Shown piece after piece: positions 7,737 to 14,170 of a stretch of DNA of 14,170 nt (position 1 is the first letter of the stretch; every line of letters begins with the position of its first letter). This DNA comes from a virus (lineage: Duplodnaviria > Heunggongvirae > Uroviricota > Caudoviricetes). The stretch lies in IMG/VR virus record IMGVR_UViG_2526164691_000021; one strand, given 5' to 3'. A program made the translations under genes and the position numbers. The notes under the pieces were generated by a model. That model did not search any database and was not told the origin of the DNA. It saw nothing but the letters and a program-made list of their open reading frames with translations.

Positions 7737-8597
7737 TTAGTAGGTTATTTTTGTTGCGAATAATTCGCCTTTTACGATGGCTGTTATGATATTTTTAGCA
7801 ACATCTTCTGATGCGCCAACCTTGATAAGGTCAGCAAGTATTTTGTTATTTACTTCTTTCCGGTGAGCTTTATCCTTTGCTCTACGCTCTTCTTCGTCCT
7901 TGATTCTTTTTTCTTCTGCTATTCTGGCTTGCTCTTTTGCTTCAGCCTCGCGCAGGATTCGTTCTGCCTCCTCCTGTGCTTTACGGCGTTCTGCTTCAAT
8001 TGCCGCATGCTTTTCTCTTTCAGCTCGTTCTGCTGCCTCTTTTGCTTCGCGCTGTGCTCGTTGCTCGGCTTCAATGCGTTCACGCTCTGCACGTTCCTCT
8101 GCGGCCTTAGCTTCTGCTTCTCGCCTTGCTGCTGCTTCAATTTCGGCTTTTGCCTTTGCTTCGGCTTCAGCTCTGGCTTTCTCTTCAGCTTCTCTTTTTA
8201 AGCGTTCTTCATGCTCTCGCTTTTCCTGCTCCGCTTTGAGTCTTGCCTCTTCTCTTTGGCGGTCAAATTCGCGATCCATCAAAATCGCTATTTCATGGTC
8301 AGACTCAATTTGCTTTGCGAGAGCTTCAGCTGCTGCCTTAGCTTCTTCTTCGGCTTTAATCCGCGCCTGTTCTTCCTCATAATCAGTAAGAGGCTGGCGC
8401 GCCTTGGCTTTCAGTTCATCAAGGCGATCGCGCACTGTCTTGCGGTTAGCATCAATTAGCTTTGGAATTTCCTTCAGTTCAGCAACAAGGTCTTTGCCAA
8501 GACCATCGAGATATGTTTTCGTCTGCGCAACTTTATACGCCAGATAAGCGATCTCCTTTCTGCCCTTTGCCGTTGTGATATCAGGCACAAAGGACAT
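7737..8597 (-). CDS. Hypothetical protein, 286 aa, with a long E/A/K/R-rich charged repeat region
   Basis: Long ORF; the central ~170 aa are EAEAKAKAE / ERAEREK-type low-complexity repeats, seen at DNA level as reiterated gcttc/gctgc units; no family recognised; weak SD at the called start. Confidence 0.55.
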   Translation of the reverse strand: MSFVPDITTAKGRKEIAYLAYKVAQTKTYLDGLGKDLVAELKEIPKLIDANRKTVRDRLDELKAKARQPLTDYEEEQARIKAEEEAKAAAEALAKQIESDHEIAILMDREFDRQREEARLKAEQEKREHEERLKREAEEKARAEAEAKAKAEIEAAARREAEAKAAEERAERERIEAEQRAQREAKEAAERAEREKHAAIEAERRKAQEEAERILREAEAKEQARIAEEKRIKDEEERRAKDKAHRKEVNNKILADLIKVGASEDVAKNIITAIVKGELFATKITY

Positions 8598-8715
8598 AAC
8601 TTCACGTTCAACCTTTTGAAGAATTTCTTCAATCTGGTCGGCAGACTAAATTACAGTCATTGCATTTGCTTTTTCAATAACAACTAAATCTGTTACTTCA
8701 CTCATATATCCTCCG

Positions 8716-8746
8716 TCAAAAAAATTGCCCTCACACTGGAGGGCAA
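8716..8746 (-). terminator. Intrinsic terminator-like hairpin on the leftward transcript (tL1-like position)
   Basis: 8-bp stem TTGCCCTC / GAGGGCAA (8725-8732 / 8739-8746) with 6-nt loop, followed on the - strand by a U7 tract (complement of 8716-8724). Confidence 0.45.
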
Positions 8747-8967
8747 AGAAGATTTCCAATAATCAGAACAAGTCGGCTCCTGTTTAGTTACGAGCGACAT
8801 TGCTCCGTGTATTCACTCGTTGGAATGAATACACAGTGCAGTGTTTATTCGTATGCCTGTCTTTTAACCACATCAGGCTCGGTGGTTCTCGTGTACCCCT
8901 ACAGCGAGAAATCGGATAAACTCTATTCACCCCTACAGAGAGAATGATGGAGATTCTGGATTTGCCC

Positions 8968-9873
8968 CTATATTTCCAGACACCTGTTATCACTTAACCC
9001 ATTACTGGCTTGCTGCCGTAGATATTCCCGTGGCGAGCGATAACCCAGTGCACTATGCGGATGCCATTCGTTATAATGCTCGAACGCCTCTGCAAGGTTC
9101 TTTGCTGCCGTTAACCCGTCTGGTTTGGGCATGACACTGATGTAGTCACGCTTTATCGTTTTCACGAAGCTCTCTGCTATGCCGTTACTCTCCGGACTCC
9201 GCACCGCCGTGCTCTTCGGTTCAAGCCCCAACATCCGGGCAAACTGCCGTGTTTCATTAGCCCGGTAGCATGAACCATTATCCGTCAGCCACTCTACTGG
9301 AGACGCCGGAAGCTCGTTGCCGAAGCGGCGTTCCACCGCTCCCAGCATGACGTCCTGTACTGTTTCACTGTTGAAGCCGCCCGTAGTGACCGCCCAGTGC
9401 AGTGCCTCACGGTCACAGCAGTCCAGCGCGAACGTGACTCGCAGTTTTTCTCCGTTATCACAGCGGAACTCGAACCCGTCAGAGCACCATCGCTGATTAC
9501 TTTCTTTCACAGCCACTCTGCCTGTATGTGCCCGTTTCGATGGCGGTACAGCAGGTTTTCGCTCAAGCAACAGCGCATTCTGGCGCATGATCCGGTAAAC
9601 ACGTTTGGCATTGATCGCAGGCATACCATCAAGTTCTGCCTGTCTGCGAAGCAGCGCCCATACCCGACGATAACCATACGTGGGCAGCTCTCCGATAACA
9701 TGGTGTATACGGAGAAGCACATCCGTATCATCAGTGTGACGACTGCGGCGGCCATCCATCCAGTCATCGGTTCGTCTGAGAATGACGTGCAACTGCGCAC
9801 GCGACACCCGGAGACAACGGCTGACTAAGCTTACTCCCCATCCCCGGGCAATAAGGGCGCGTGCGCTATCCAC
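8968..9873 (-). CDS. insD: IS2 transposase OrfB (InsD), normally made as an InsCD fusion by -1 frameshift
   Basis: 301-aa ORF with IS3-family DDE transposase sequence matching IS2 InsD; overlaps the insC 3' end in the -1 frame. Confidence 0.9.
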
Positions 9874-10196
9874 TTTTTTGCCCGTCCATATTCAACGGCT
9901 TCTTTGAGGAGTTCATTTTCCATCGTTTTCTTGCCGAGCAGGCGCTGGAGTTCTTTAATCTGCTTCATGGCGGCAGCAAGTTCAGAGGCAGGAACAACCT
10001 GTTCTCCGGCGGCGACAGCAGTAAGACTTCCTTCCTGGTATTGCTTACGCCAGAGAAATAACTGGCTGGCTGCTACACCATGTTGCCGGGCAACGAGGGA
10101 GACCGTCATCCCTGGTTCAAAGCTCTGCTGAACAATTGCGATCTTTTCCTGTGTGGTACGCCGTCTGCGTTTCTCCGGTCCTAAGACATCAATCAT
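9831..10196 (-). CDS. insC: IS2 OrfA (InsC), HTH regulatory / transposase N-terminal protein
   Basis: 121 aa starting [41 protein letters not shown]…; the track ORF extends 15 codons upstream, but the IS2 protein starts at the ATG at 10196. Confidence 0.9.
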
Positions 10197-10296
10197 CTGC
10201 TCTCCAATGACTAGTCTAAAAACTAGTATTAAGACTATCACTTAAATAAGTGATACTGGTTGTCTGGAGATTCAGGGGGCCAGTCTAGATTCACCG

Positions 10297-10836
10297 ATGA
10301 GTAACTGGTGGCAGGAACTATTACGTTTCTTCCTGCGTGGTCTTACGCTACAACAGTTAATTCATATGCTTATTATTTTAATTGCCTTGATAATAATCAC
10401 CCCAGCATCAATTAAAGAGTGGGTAGATATAAGGAACCCCGAAATACTTCCAGATCACTGGATGTATTACGCAATGCTTTTGTGTATCAGTTATGTTCTG
10501 AACAGGGGGATGGAGTTTATATTTCTGGCATCTTCAGACAGATATAAAAAATATCTCAGTAAGAGAGATGAGGCTAAAGTAATTGTGGAGACTGAGCGCC
10601 TATTCAATTCTCTGAGTATTCAGGAAAAAGAGGTTTTAGCATTTGCTGTTATGGCAAATAACAAAATCGTACTTAAGCACGGCGATCCGGTCGCTTTATC
10701 TCTTATGAGAAAAGGCCTTCTCCATCGCTCAGGTGTGACTTACAGCGCGTCAGGTAAAGAGAAATTTGTTATACCTGACGTCTGGTTCCATGAGTGTTAT
10801 ATGCGCTTTGCTGGTAAAGCTGATGAGCTAATTTAG
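10297..10836 (+). CDS. sieB: SieB-like superinfection-exclusion membrane protein (putative), 179 aa
   Basis: Two N-terminal hydrophobic helices (LIHMLIILIALIIITPA, WMYYAMLLCISYVL); size and position next to N, on the strand opposite the pL operon, match sieB of lambdoid/Rac prophages; family call from memory, unverified. Confidence 0.45.
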   Translation: MSNWWQELLRFFLRGLTLQQLIHMLIILIALIIITPASIKEWVDIRNPEILPDHWMYYAMLLCISYVLNRGMEFIFLASSDRYKKYLSKRDEAKVIVETERLFNSLSIQEKEVLAFAVMANNKIVLKHGDPVALSLMRKGLLHRSGVTYSASGKEKFVIPDVWFHECYMRFAGKADELI

Positions 10837-10859
10837 TTCCTCTACGGCGGGGGGGATCG

Positions 10860-11132
10860 TCACCTCGCTGTCAGTTGTTTTGATTTCCGGTAGCCTGCCG
10901 CGTAAATGGCTACGTTTGGAAGACAAGTTGAACCTTCATATTTTCTGGTCAACGTTGTCAGAGTTATAACTTCTGCTCTCATTGCTGGTTTGCGCTTGCA
11001 TTGCAAGACCACTCGTGAAGGGGTTGGCCTGTGTAGCTTGTCGGAGCTAATCGCCTCCTGACTTTGCAGGTTTGCGCGACGAGCTCTACGGCGAGAAGCT
11101 GCGGTGCCTTTAAATTCTGTTTTTCTGGACAT
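10860..11132 (-). CDS. N: N-like transcription antiterminator, 90 aa
   Basis: N-terminal arginine-rich motif (KGTAASRRRARRANLQSQ); C-terminus …IYAAGYRKSKQLTAR resembles P22 gp24 / phage 21 N from memory; ATG at 11132 with GGGAGGAA SD (the track ORF starts further upstream); lies downstream of nut-like boxA/boxB. Confidence 0.65.
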   Translation of the reverse strand: MSRKTEFKGTAASRRRARRANLQSQEAISSDKLHRPTPSRVVLQCKRKPAMRAEVITLTTLTRKYEGSTCLPNVAIYAAGYRKSKQLTAR

Positions 11133-11230
11133 AGATTCCTCCCGAATAAACTTTGGCGATGCAATCTCGAAGCTCCTCCTGAGACGGTTACTTCGGCATT
11201 GCATCCCACAGCTTATGTGGTTGGGTGATC

Positions 11231-11277
11231 TGGCTTTTCAGCCACGTAGTCGAGTGTTCGACGTTGTTTAAAGAGCC
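11231..11277 (-). promoter_or_regulatory. nutL: nutL candidate: boxA-like GGCTCTTTA and boxB-like hairpin UGGCU-GAAA-AGCCA
   Basis: On the - strand, boxA-like sequence (complement of 11268-11277) followed by the hairpin at 11231-11244 with a GAAA loop; located in the leader between the putative pL and N. Confidence 0.4.
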
Positions 11278-11322
11278 TGCCAGTCTGCTCCGTTTGGCTT
11301 ACAGCGTCCTGCTGATGAGTTG

Positions 11323-11372
11323 ACTTTATCGAAATGATAAACTGATGGCAATAGCAAAATGATAAATTGTTT
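11323..11372 (-). promoter_or_regulatory. oL/pL candidate: promoter TTGCCA-N17-TAAAGT overlapped by the dyad operator TTTATCGAAATGATAAA
   Basis: Perfect 17-bp dyad TTTATC-N5-GATAAA at 11325-11341; related AAAATGATAAATTG at 11358-11371; -35/-10-like hexamers on the - strand at 11351..11346 and 11328..11323. Confidence 0.4.
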
Positions 11373-11540
11373 GGGTTTTCAAATATCCTGTTGATTATTA
11401 TGGTTTTTTATTTGATTGCGGGAATTTATCAGAAGGAATGAAGAGACTTGAGGGGGATCAGAATTTCGTGGTTTAGAAAGTTGTATCTATCAATTTTTCA
11501 ATAAATACAATTGGTTAAGGTGTTATTAGGTGTGGGGATC

Positions 11541-11575
11541 GTGAGGCAAAGAAAACCCGGCGCTGAGGCCGGGTT
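11541..11575 (-). terminator. Intrinsic terminator at the end of the cI operon (tIMM-like)
   Basis: 8-bp GC-rich stem AACCCGGC / GCCGGGTT (11554-11561 / 11568-11575) with 6-nt loop, followed on the - strand by UUCUUUG. Confidence 0.5.
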
Positions 11576-11582
11576 CTGTCAT

Positions 11583-11723
11583 CTAACTTAAGTATCAAGC
11601 CGCTTTTTGTGAATGATTGATGTGAGCTTCAAAGTCGCGGCGTAGATTTTGAACGCGCTCTACACATCCGCGCATTTCAGCCAAAAGCTTACTAACGGCA
11701 GTATAGTCAAACGCTTTAGTCAT
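11583..11723 (-). CDS. Small hypothetical protein, 46 aa (MTKAFDYTAVSKLLAEMRGCVERVQNLRRDFEAHINHSQKAADYLS)
   Basis: Hand-translated; ATG at 11723 preceded by GAGGGG SD, 15 nt after the stop of the 120-aa gene; followed by the terminator above; not in the ORF track. Confidence 0.4.
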
Positions 11724-11738
11724 TTTTTTTCCCCTCGT

Positions 11739-12101
11739 TTAAATGTAAGGCTCAACATCAAGGGCTGCTATTGCTGCGCACAATGCGTCAGGATCGTCAG
11801 CATCGATGGCTTGAGCCAGGTCATTAGCCAGTATAAGTAACTTATCGATGACAGCGATTTCGCTGGTCTTATCTACACGAAAGTATGGGAGCAGAGCATT
11901 ACATACGTCTCTGAATGTCCGTAATTCTGCGACAACGTTCGAAAAGGTAGGATCTTTCTTACGAAGATCCACCAATGGCGCTACTTTAGCTGTTTTCAGC
12001 ATTGCACTAATCTCGCCAATCATTGTTCCATGCAGACGATTAAATTCATCAACAGCTCGGTCATGCAAGCTCTTGTTGATTGGCAATACGTTTTGGGTCA
12101 C
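11739..12101 (-). CDS. Hypothetical protein, 120 aa, in the cI-linked immunity-region cargo position (where lambda has rexAB)
   Basis: GTG start at 12101 with AAGGAG SD 8 nt upstream; predicted helical, acidic; no family recognised. Confidence 0.55.
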   Translation of the reverse strand: MTQNVLPINKSLHDRAVDEFNRLHGTMIGEISAMLKTAKVAPLVDLRKKDPTFSNVVAELRTFRDVCNALLPYFRVDKTSEIAVIDKLLILANDLAQAIDADDPDALCAAIAALDVEPYI

Positions 12102-12369
12102 TAACTATACTCCTTATATAGGTGTTCGCCAACAGATTTTCAATATGACTTGGGCGATTTCTGAACAATAAGCACGATTTAGCAATGATTAATTGATGTT
12201 AAGCACAAATATCTCTACATCGTGCATTTTTAACTATTTATACACATAAAATCTAATAAATGGATATAAACCTTATGATGATTTTTCTCAATCGAATTGA
12301 ATAATGATCTCTATCACATCACCCAAACGTCTCTTCAGGCCACTGGTTACCAGCTATGTGACGATGAAG

Positions 12370-13074
12370 TCACGAACTTTTCAGCCACTCCCTTGCCTCG
12401 ATGTCATCCAGATGGCGAGATTGCTTCAGAATACCAGCCACATACTCCACCTTTGCTACTTGATGATAAGGCAACGTTATTGGCCTGTGGTCCTGGTTGA
12501 TGCTTGTAAATTGGTATTCTCCATCTCTGTCATAGCCAAGAACTTTGATCATGTTGTGTCCTTCAACAGTTCTGACAAACACCTCATCCCCCGGGAATAC
12601 TTTGGTGTTAGGCTCAATGAGTACATATTCTCCTGATTTTATTCTGGGCCACATGCTGTCTCCTTTCACACGAAGACCAAAGGCATCTGGATCATCGCTA
12701 TAAATATTGAGCCACCCATCGCGCTCTTCGGTCATCTCGATGGCACCATCAACACCAAGAATTGCCTCACCAACCACGCGCACTAACCCTTTTCTTACCT
12801 GACCGACAAAAGTTAAAGAATCTGAGCATGATGCAATTGGTGTTACATCATGTACCAAATCAAGCCACCCATTAGGTAACCCAAGTGCGGCTTCGAATTT
12901 TCTTGCTAGTTTATCCCCTATGTTTCGAGTGCTTTTTTCACCGGAGACTTGCGTGAGTTGAGAAGGGCTAACTCCAAGCTTATCGGCAAAGCTTGCATTA
13001 GTGTTACCCGCGATTTTTTTATGCTCATCTAGCAAAAACGCCAGATTCGATTTGCGAATATCTTTGTTTTCCAT
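12370..13074 (-). CDS. cI: CI-type prophage repressor (N-terminal HTH, C-terminal S24 LexA-like peptidase domain), 234 aa
   Basis: N-terminal HTH region (…ASFADKLGVSPSQLTQVSGEK…) and C-terminal GDSMWP … MIKVL Ser/Lys motifs of the autocleaving S24 domain; divergent from a cro-like gene across an operator region. Confidence 0.9.
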   Translation of the reverse strand: MENKDIRKSNLAFLLDEHKKIAGNTNASFADKLGVSPSQLTQVSGEKSTRNIGDKLARKFEAALGLPNGWLDLVHDVTPIASCSDSLTFVGQVRKGLVRVVGEAILGVDGAIEMTEERDGWLNIYSDDPDAFGLRVKGDSMWPRIKSGEYVLIEPNTKVFPGDEVFVRTVEGHNMIKVLGYDRDGEYQFTSINQDHRPITLPYHQVAKVEYVAGILKQSRHLDDIEAREWLKSS

Positions 13075-13092
13075 CCCACGATTCTCCCTCTA

Positions 13093-13160
13093 TTTAGCAA
13101 ATGGATAAATATGCATTTTGATAAATCTTCATTGCGTTTTATTTATCAAAATGGTAAAGT
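13093..13160. promoter_or_regulatory. oR/pR (and presumably pRM) region with repeated operator-like dyads
   Basis: TTTAGCAAATGGATAAA (13093-13109) and TTTATCAAAATGGTAAA (13142-13158) fit the TTTATC-N5-GATAAA pattern seen in oL; inverted repeat CATTTTGATAAAT / ATTTATCAAAATG (13114-13126 / 13141-13153); candidate pR TTGCGT-N17-TAAAGT at 13132-13160. Confidence 0.45.
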
Positions 13161-13187
13161 CGCTCTGTGTGATAAACGGAGGCACTA

Positions 13188-13421
13188 ATGAGTAATGAAC
13201 TACTACGCTGGCGAAAAGAGGCTTCTAGTGAGGAATGGAAGCGACTCGCCGCATTAGCGAATACTTCAGTTGGCTATCTTGATCAGATTGCATATGGGTT
13301 TCGAAGAGCTTCCCCAGATAAAGCGAATGCAATCGAAGAAGCCACTCGTAATTTCACGGGTTATAAACCTGTGAAAAAGGAAAATCTGGTGTTCGTATCG
13401 CGTAGAGCATCAGCAGCATAA
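13188..13421 (+). CDS. cro: Cro-like HTH regulator of the YdaS (DUF1019) type, 77 aa
   Basis: Divergent from cI; GGAGG SD; …LAALANTSVGYLDQIAYGFRRASPDKANAIEEATRN… resembles Rac YdaS (…AIERATRG…) from memory. Confidence 0.65.
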   Translation: MSNELLRWRKEASSEEWKRLAALANTSVGYLDQIAYGFRRASPDKANAIEEATRNFTGYKPVKKENLVFVSRRASAA

Positions 13422-13428
13422 GTAACCC

Positions 13429-13474
13429 CGCTCTTTGTAACAACGGACATTCGTCCTACGTCGCTGAAAAGCGA
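13429..13474 (+). promoter_or_regulatory. nutR: nutR candidate: boxA CGCTCTTTG and boxB hairpin TCGCT-GAAAA-AGCGA
   Basis: boxA-like at 13429-13437 (lambda CGCTCTTAC); boxB-like 5-bp stem with GAAAA loop at 13461-13474, the same loop as lambda boxB; located between cro and cII. Confidence 0.5.
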
Positions 13475-13559
13475 GTTCCAAGATATCTGACCAACTAAGG
13501 CCATATGCGTTTCCACGCATACCTTTCAACTAGCTATTCACTATTGGAAATCTTAAGAA

Positions 13560-13859
13560 ATGGAACAAACAAGTTACAGCAAACTATCACAGCGTGATGT
13601 TGATCGCGCAGAAACAGATTTACTTATCAACCTGTCAACGCTTACCCAGCGCGGTCTGGCAAAGATGATTGGCTGTCATGAATCGAAGATAAGCAGAACG
13701 GACTGGAGATTTATTGCTTCGGTCTTGTGTGCTTTCGGAATGGCATCAGACATCAGTCCGATTAGCAGAGCTTTTAAGTATGCGCTTGATGGACTCACCA
13801 ATAAAAAACGCCCGGTGTGCAAGACCGAGCGTTCTGAACAAATCCAGATGGAATTCTGA
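13560..13859 (+). CDS. cII: CII transcriptional activator, 99 aa
   Basis: C-terminal …LTNKKRPVCKTERSEQIQMEF matches the lambda CII C-terminus (…TNKKRPAATERSEQIQMEF) from memory; HTH in the middle; positioned between cro and O. Confidence 0.9.
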   Translation: MEQTSYSKLSQRDVDRAETDLLINLSTLTQRGLAKMIGCHESKISRTDWRFIASVLCAFGMASDISPISRAFKYALDGLTNKKRPVCKTERSEQIQMEF

Positions 13860-13891
13860 GGGAATTACTGGATCAATCCACAGGAGTCATT

Positions 13892-14170
13892 ATGACAAAT
13901 ACAGCAAAAATACTCAACTTCGGCAGAGGTAACTTTGCCGAACAGGAGCGTAATGTGGCAGATCTCGATGATGGTTACGCCAGACTATCAAATATGCTGC
14001 TTGAGGCCTATTCAGGCGCAGATCTGACCAAGCGACAGTTTAAAGTGCTGCTTGCCATTCTGCGTAAAACCTATGGGTGGAATAAACCAATGGACAGAAT
14101 CACCGATTCTCAACTTAGCGAGATTACAAAGTTACCTGTCAAACGGTGCAATGAAGCCAAGTTAGAACTC
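13892..14170 (+). CDS. O: Replication initiator O, N-terminal 93 codons (3'-truncated by the window end)
   Basis: MTNTAKILNFGRGNFAGQERNVADLDDGYARLSNMLLEAYSGADLTKRQFKVLLAILRKTYGWNKPMDRITDSQLSEITKLPVKRCNEAKLEL matches lambda O from memory; AGGAG SD. Confidence 0.9.
   Translation, partial: MTNTAKILNFGRGNFAEQERNVADLDDGYARLSNMLLEAYSGADLTKRQFKVLLAILRKTYGWNKPMDRITDSQLSEITKLPVKRCNEAKLEL

Larger units (their letters stand above)
8957..10287 (-). mobile_element. IS2: IS2 insertion sequence (IS3 family), complete, 1331 bp
   Basis: Imperfect terminal inverted repeats TGGATTTGCCCC… (8957→) and TAGACTGGCCCCC… (10287←); InsC and InsD ORFs; 5-bp direct duplication GATTC at 8952-8956 and 10288-10292. Confidence 0.9.

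Noticed and set aside
7863-8382. ORFs of 112 and 160 aa (+) and 73 aa (-, 7919..8140) inside the 286-aa gene
   Set aside because: They arise from alternative-frame or antisense reading of the low-complexity repeat tract (poly-Ser/Ala/Cys/Phe translations); the in-frame 286-aa ORF is the coherent reading.
7900-8400. Possible CRISPR array or tandem DNA repeat in the reiterated gcttc/gctgc region
   Set aside because: The repeats are short, imperfect and in-frame coding for an E/A/K/R-rich protein; there is no repeat-spacer periodicity.
8646-8705. 19-aa mini-ORF (MSEVTDLVVIEKANAMTVI) with a strong GGAGGA SD just upstream of the 286-aa gene
   Set aside because: Too short to call as a gene from sequence alone; it may be a leader peptide or a chance ORF, so it is noted but not listed as a feature.
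8784-8993. 69-aa ORF on the - strand spanning the IS2 right end
   Set aside because: It starts inside the IS2 inverted repeat and runs across the insertion junction into flanking DNA, so it is a chimeric chance ORF.
9397-10131. ORFs within IS2 other than insC/insD (9397..9828 +, 9507..9800 -, 9861..10061 +, 9904..10131 +)
   Set aside because: They overlap the known IS2 transposase reading frames in other frames or on the opposite strand; IS2 encodes only OrfA/OrfB (plus the fusion).
10979-11209. Alternative 76-aa ORF overlapping N, and the extended 114-aa version of N starting at 11204
   Set aside because: The ATG at 11132 has a strong GGGAGG SD and yields an N-sized protein with the arginine-rich motif near its N-terminus; the other frame and the upstream extension lack start-site support.
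12297-12636. + strand ORFs (67 and 110 aa) overlapping the cI 3' end
   Set aside because: Antisense to the strongly supported repressor gene, with no SD; the AT-rich spacer between cI and the 120-aa gene more likely holds regulatory DNA.
13714-13932. 72-aa + strand ORF overlapping cII and the start of O
   Set aside because: It is an out-of-frame overlap of two well-supported genes.

Overview
This window is the left half of a lambdoid prophage integrated at the E. coli attλ site, read from the host gene ybhC through attL to the start of the replication gene O. From left to right: host ybhC (- strand); the 15-bp att core GCTTTTTTATACTAA with a P' arm; lambda-type int and xis; a long, tightly packed leftward early (pL) operon; an IS2 element (1331 bp, flanked by a 5-bp GATTC duplication) inserted 5 bp upstream of a SieB-like membrane protein gene; an N-like antiterminator with nutL and oL/pL; a cI operon carrying two small unknown ORFs where lambda has rexAB; then a divergent YdaS-like cro, nutR, cII and the 5' end of O. 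The pL operon is mosaic: it carries an Erf-type annealing protein and an SSB-like protein where lambda has exo/bet/gam, plus CIII-, Kil-, Lar-, Ea22- and ASCH-like genes and several unknowns. The most interesting candidates for undescribed function are the cI-linked 120-aa/46-aa pair, the 114-aa gene next to xis, the 286-aa charged-repeat protein, and the cluster of unknown proteins between Erf/SSB and lar. All calls are from reading the sequence and recalled protein families; no searches were run.
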